DNA of 34,671 bases, taken from NCBI GenBank assembly GCA_052055015.1, contig JBQJIT010000076.1, one strand, 5' to 3'. This DNA comes from Malassezia furfur. Lineage: Eukaryota. The position numbers were made by a program, and so were the translations under genes. The stretch's first letter is position 1. The number at the start of each line of letters is the position of its first letter. Under the pieces are notes generated by a model. The model saw only the letters and a program-made list of their open reading frames with translations, was not told the origin of the DNA and did not search any database. Shown piece after piece: positions 33,642 through 34,671 of this stretch.

Positions 33642-33745
33642 TGGTCCGTGCGCCGGCCGAGGCGCGTGACCGGCGGCCTGGTAGGTCGTAGGCGTGTGGC
33701 CGTGTTGTGTGTATTTCCCGATTACGGTGGCCTTTGTCGACCTCG

Positions 33746-34671
33746 ATGCGTGAAGCGCCCGTGTCGCCCCCCACGCTGCGTGGACCGCGCGACGCACCTG
33801 AACCGCGTGGACTGAACCTGGCCGCGCAGGTGGCGGCGCAGCGCGAGGTGCAACGTACGACGCGCGCCGCTTCCGATACCGATGCCGCGGCCGCCGCTCA
33901 CGCGGTCGCCGACCGCATCGACGCCGACGCCGACGTACTGCGTGCCGCGTCACAGATGCGCGAAGAACGCGCGCGTGCCGCCGAGGCACGTCGTACACGC
34001 CTGGATGGGCGTGCGCGCGTCCCCTCTGCGGCGACGAGCGAGCCCGAGCAGGGGCCACGCTCGCAATCGGCACCGGCCGCGCGTCCGGCGCGGGCATTGC
34101 CGCCCGTGCCGGGGTCTGTGCCGGCTACCGCGCCGCACGAGGCTGTGACAGACCTGCCCAATGCACAGTCGATCCCTGCGCTCCTTGCCCAACGCGCGGC
34201 GCTCGCGATGCCCCGGCGCTCGAGCTACGACGCCCCCAGTCCTGCCGCGGTGCCCAGCGACCCTGTACCTGTGCCCGCGCCTGCGCTCACGCCCTCGCCC
34301 GAGCTTGGTGGCGTACACGGCTGGGGCCTGGGCGCCGTGCTGTCGGCACCTGCGACGCGGCAAGGCACCCCGCCTGCCGATGCGCCGCGCGCGCATACAT
34401 CTCTCGACGAGACGCCCGAGGCACGCGACGCTCGCGAGGCGCAGGAGACGCGCGTCGCACAGGCCGCACTACATGCGCGCCTCGCACGCACCGCACAAGC
34501 CGCGCCGCGCGCGAGCCGCACCGCCGACACGCCTATGGCACGTGGCGATGCGGCCGAGGCCCTGGACCCGGCGGCGGGGGCAGCGGAGGCGGCGTCGGTG
34601 CGCCCTGCATCGCCGCTCGTGGTGACGAACATTCCCCACTGCGCCTGCTCGCATCCCACGCGCTCGACACA
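33746..34671 (+). CDS. N-terminal part of an unknown Ala/Pro/Arg-rich low-complexity protein (3' truncated by window end)
   Basis: Stop-free frame from ATG 33746 (MREAPVSPPTLRGPRDAPEPRGLNLAAQ...VVTNIPHCACSHPTRST) to the last base. Missing from the track because no stop is reached. No recognisable domain. Confidence 0.6.
   Translation, partial: MREAPVSPPTLRGPRDAPEPRGLNLAAQVAAQREVQRTTRAASDTDAAAAAHAVADRIDADADVLRAASQMREERARAAEARRTRLDGRARVPSAATSEPEQGPRSQSAPAARPARALPPVPGSVPATAPHEAVTDLPNAQSIPALLAQRAALAMPRRSSYDAPSPAAVPSDPVPVPAPALTPSPELGGVHGWGLGAVLSAPATRQGTPPADAPRAHTSLDETPEARDAREAQETRVAQAALHARLARTAQAAPRASRTADTPMARGDAAEALDPAAGAAEAASVRPASPLVVTNIPHCACSHPTRST

Overview
Eukaryotic (fungal) DNA, not prokaryotic. 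The very dense gene packing, tiny GT..AG introns, basidiomycete-type proteins and an intronless actinobacterial-type flavohemoglobin point to a Malassezia-type basidiomycete yeast (inference, no database search was run). I resolve 24 protein genes, two of them truncated by the window ends, and one intron-containing tRNA-Lys(CTT). In order: NSR1/gar2 C-terminus, flavohemoglobin, secreted GH128 glucanase, tRNA, CTF4, SER1, TFG2, RING E3 ligase, RRP36, VPS20, ISU1, NADP-mannitol dehydrogenase, MRPL19, ENP2, PRE8, HAD polyol-phosphate phosphatase, CAMK-like kinase, ALDH3 fatty aldehyde dehydrogenase, two-RRM protein, Atf1-like bZIP, HSP104, SWD1, EMC6, TBC protein and an unknown Ala/Pro/Arg-rich protein. 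Many ORFs in the track are exon fragments. Joining them by hand gives 29 spliceosomal introns, 25 of which are only 21-29 nt. The most interesting observations are: (1) tandem branch-point/acceptor units in the last ALDH intron that would switch the C-terminus between a PTS1-like -KRSKI and a hydrophobic tail anchor; (2) the ultra-short intron system, including an obligatory 21-nt intron; (3) the horizontally acquired flavohemoglobin; (4) compact promoters with readable motif logic (MCB, CRE, E-box, AP-1/Gcn4, HSE).
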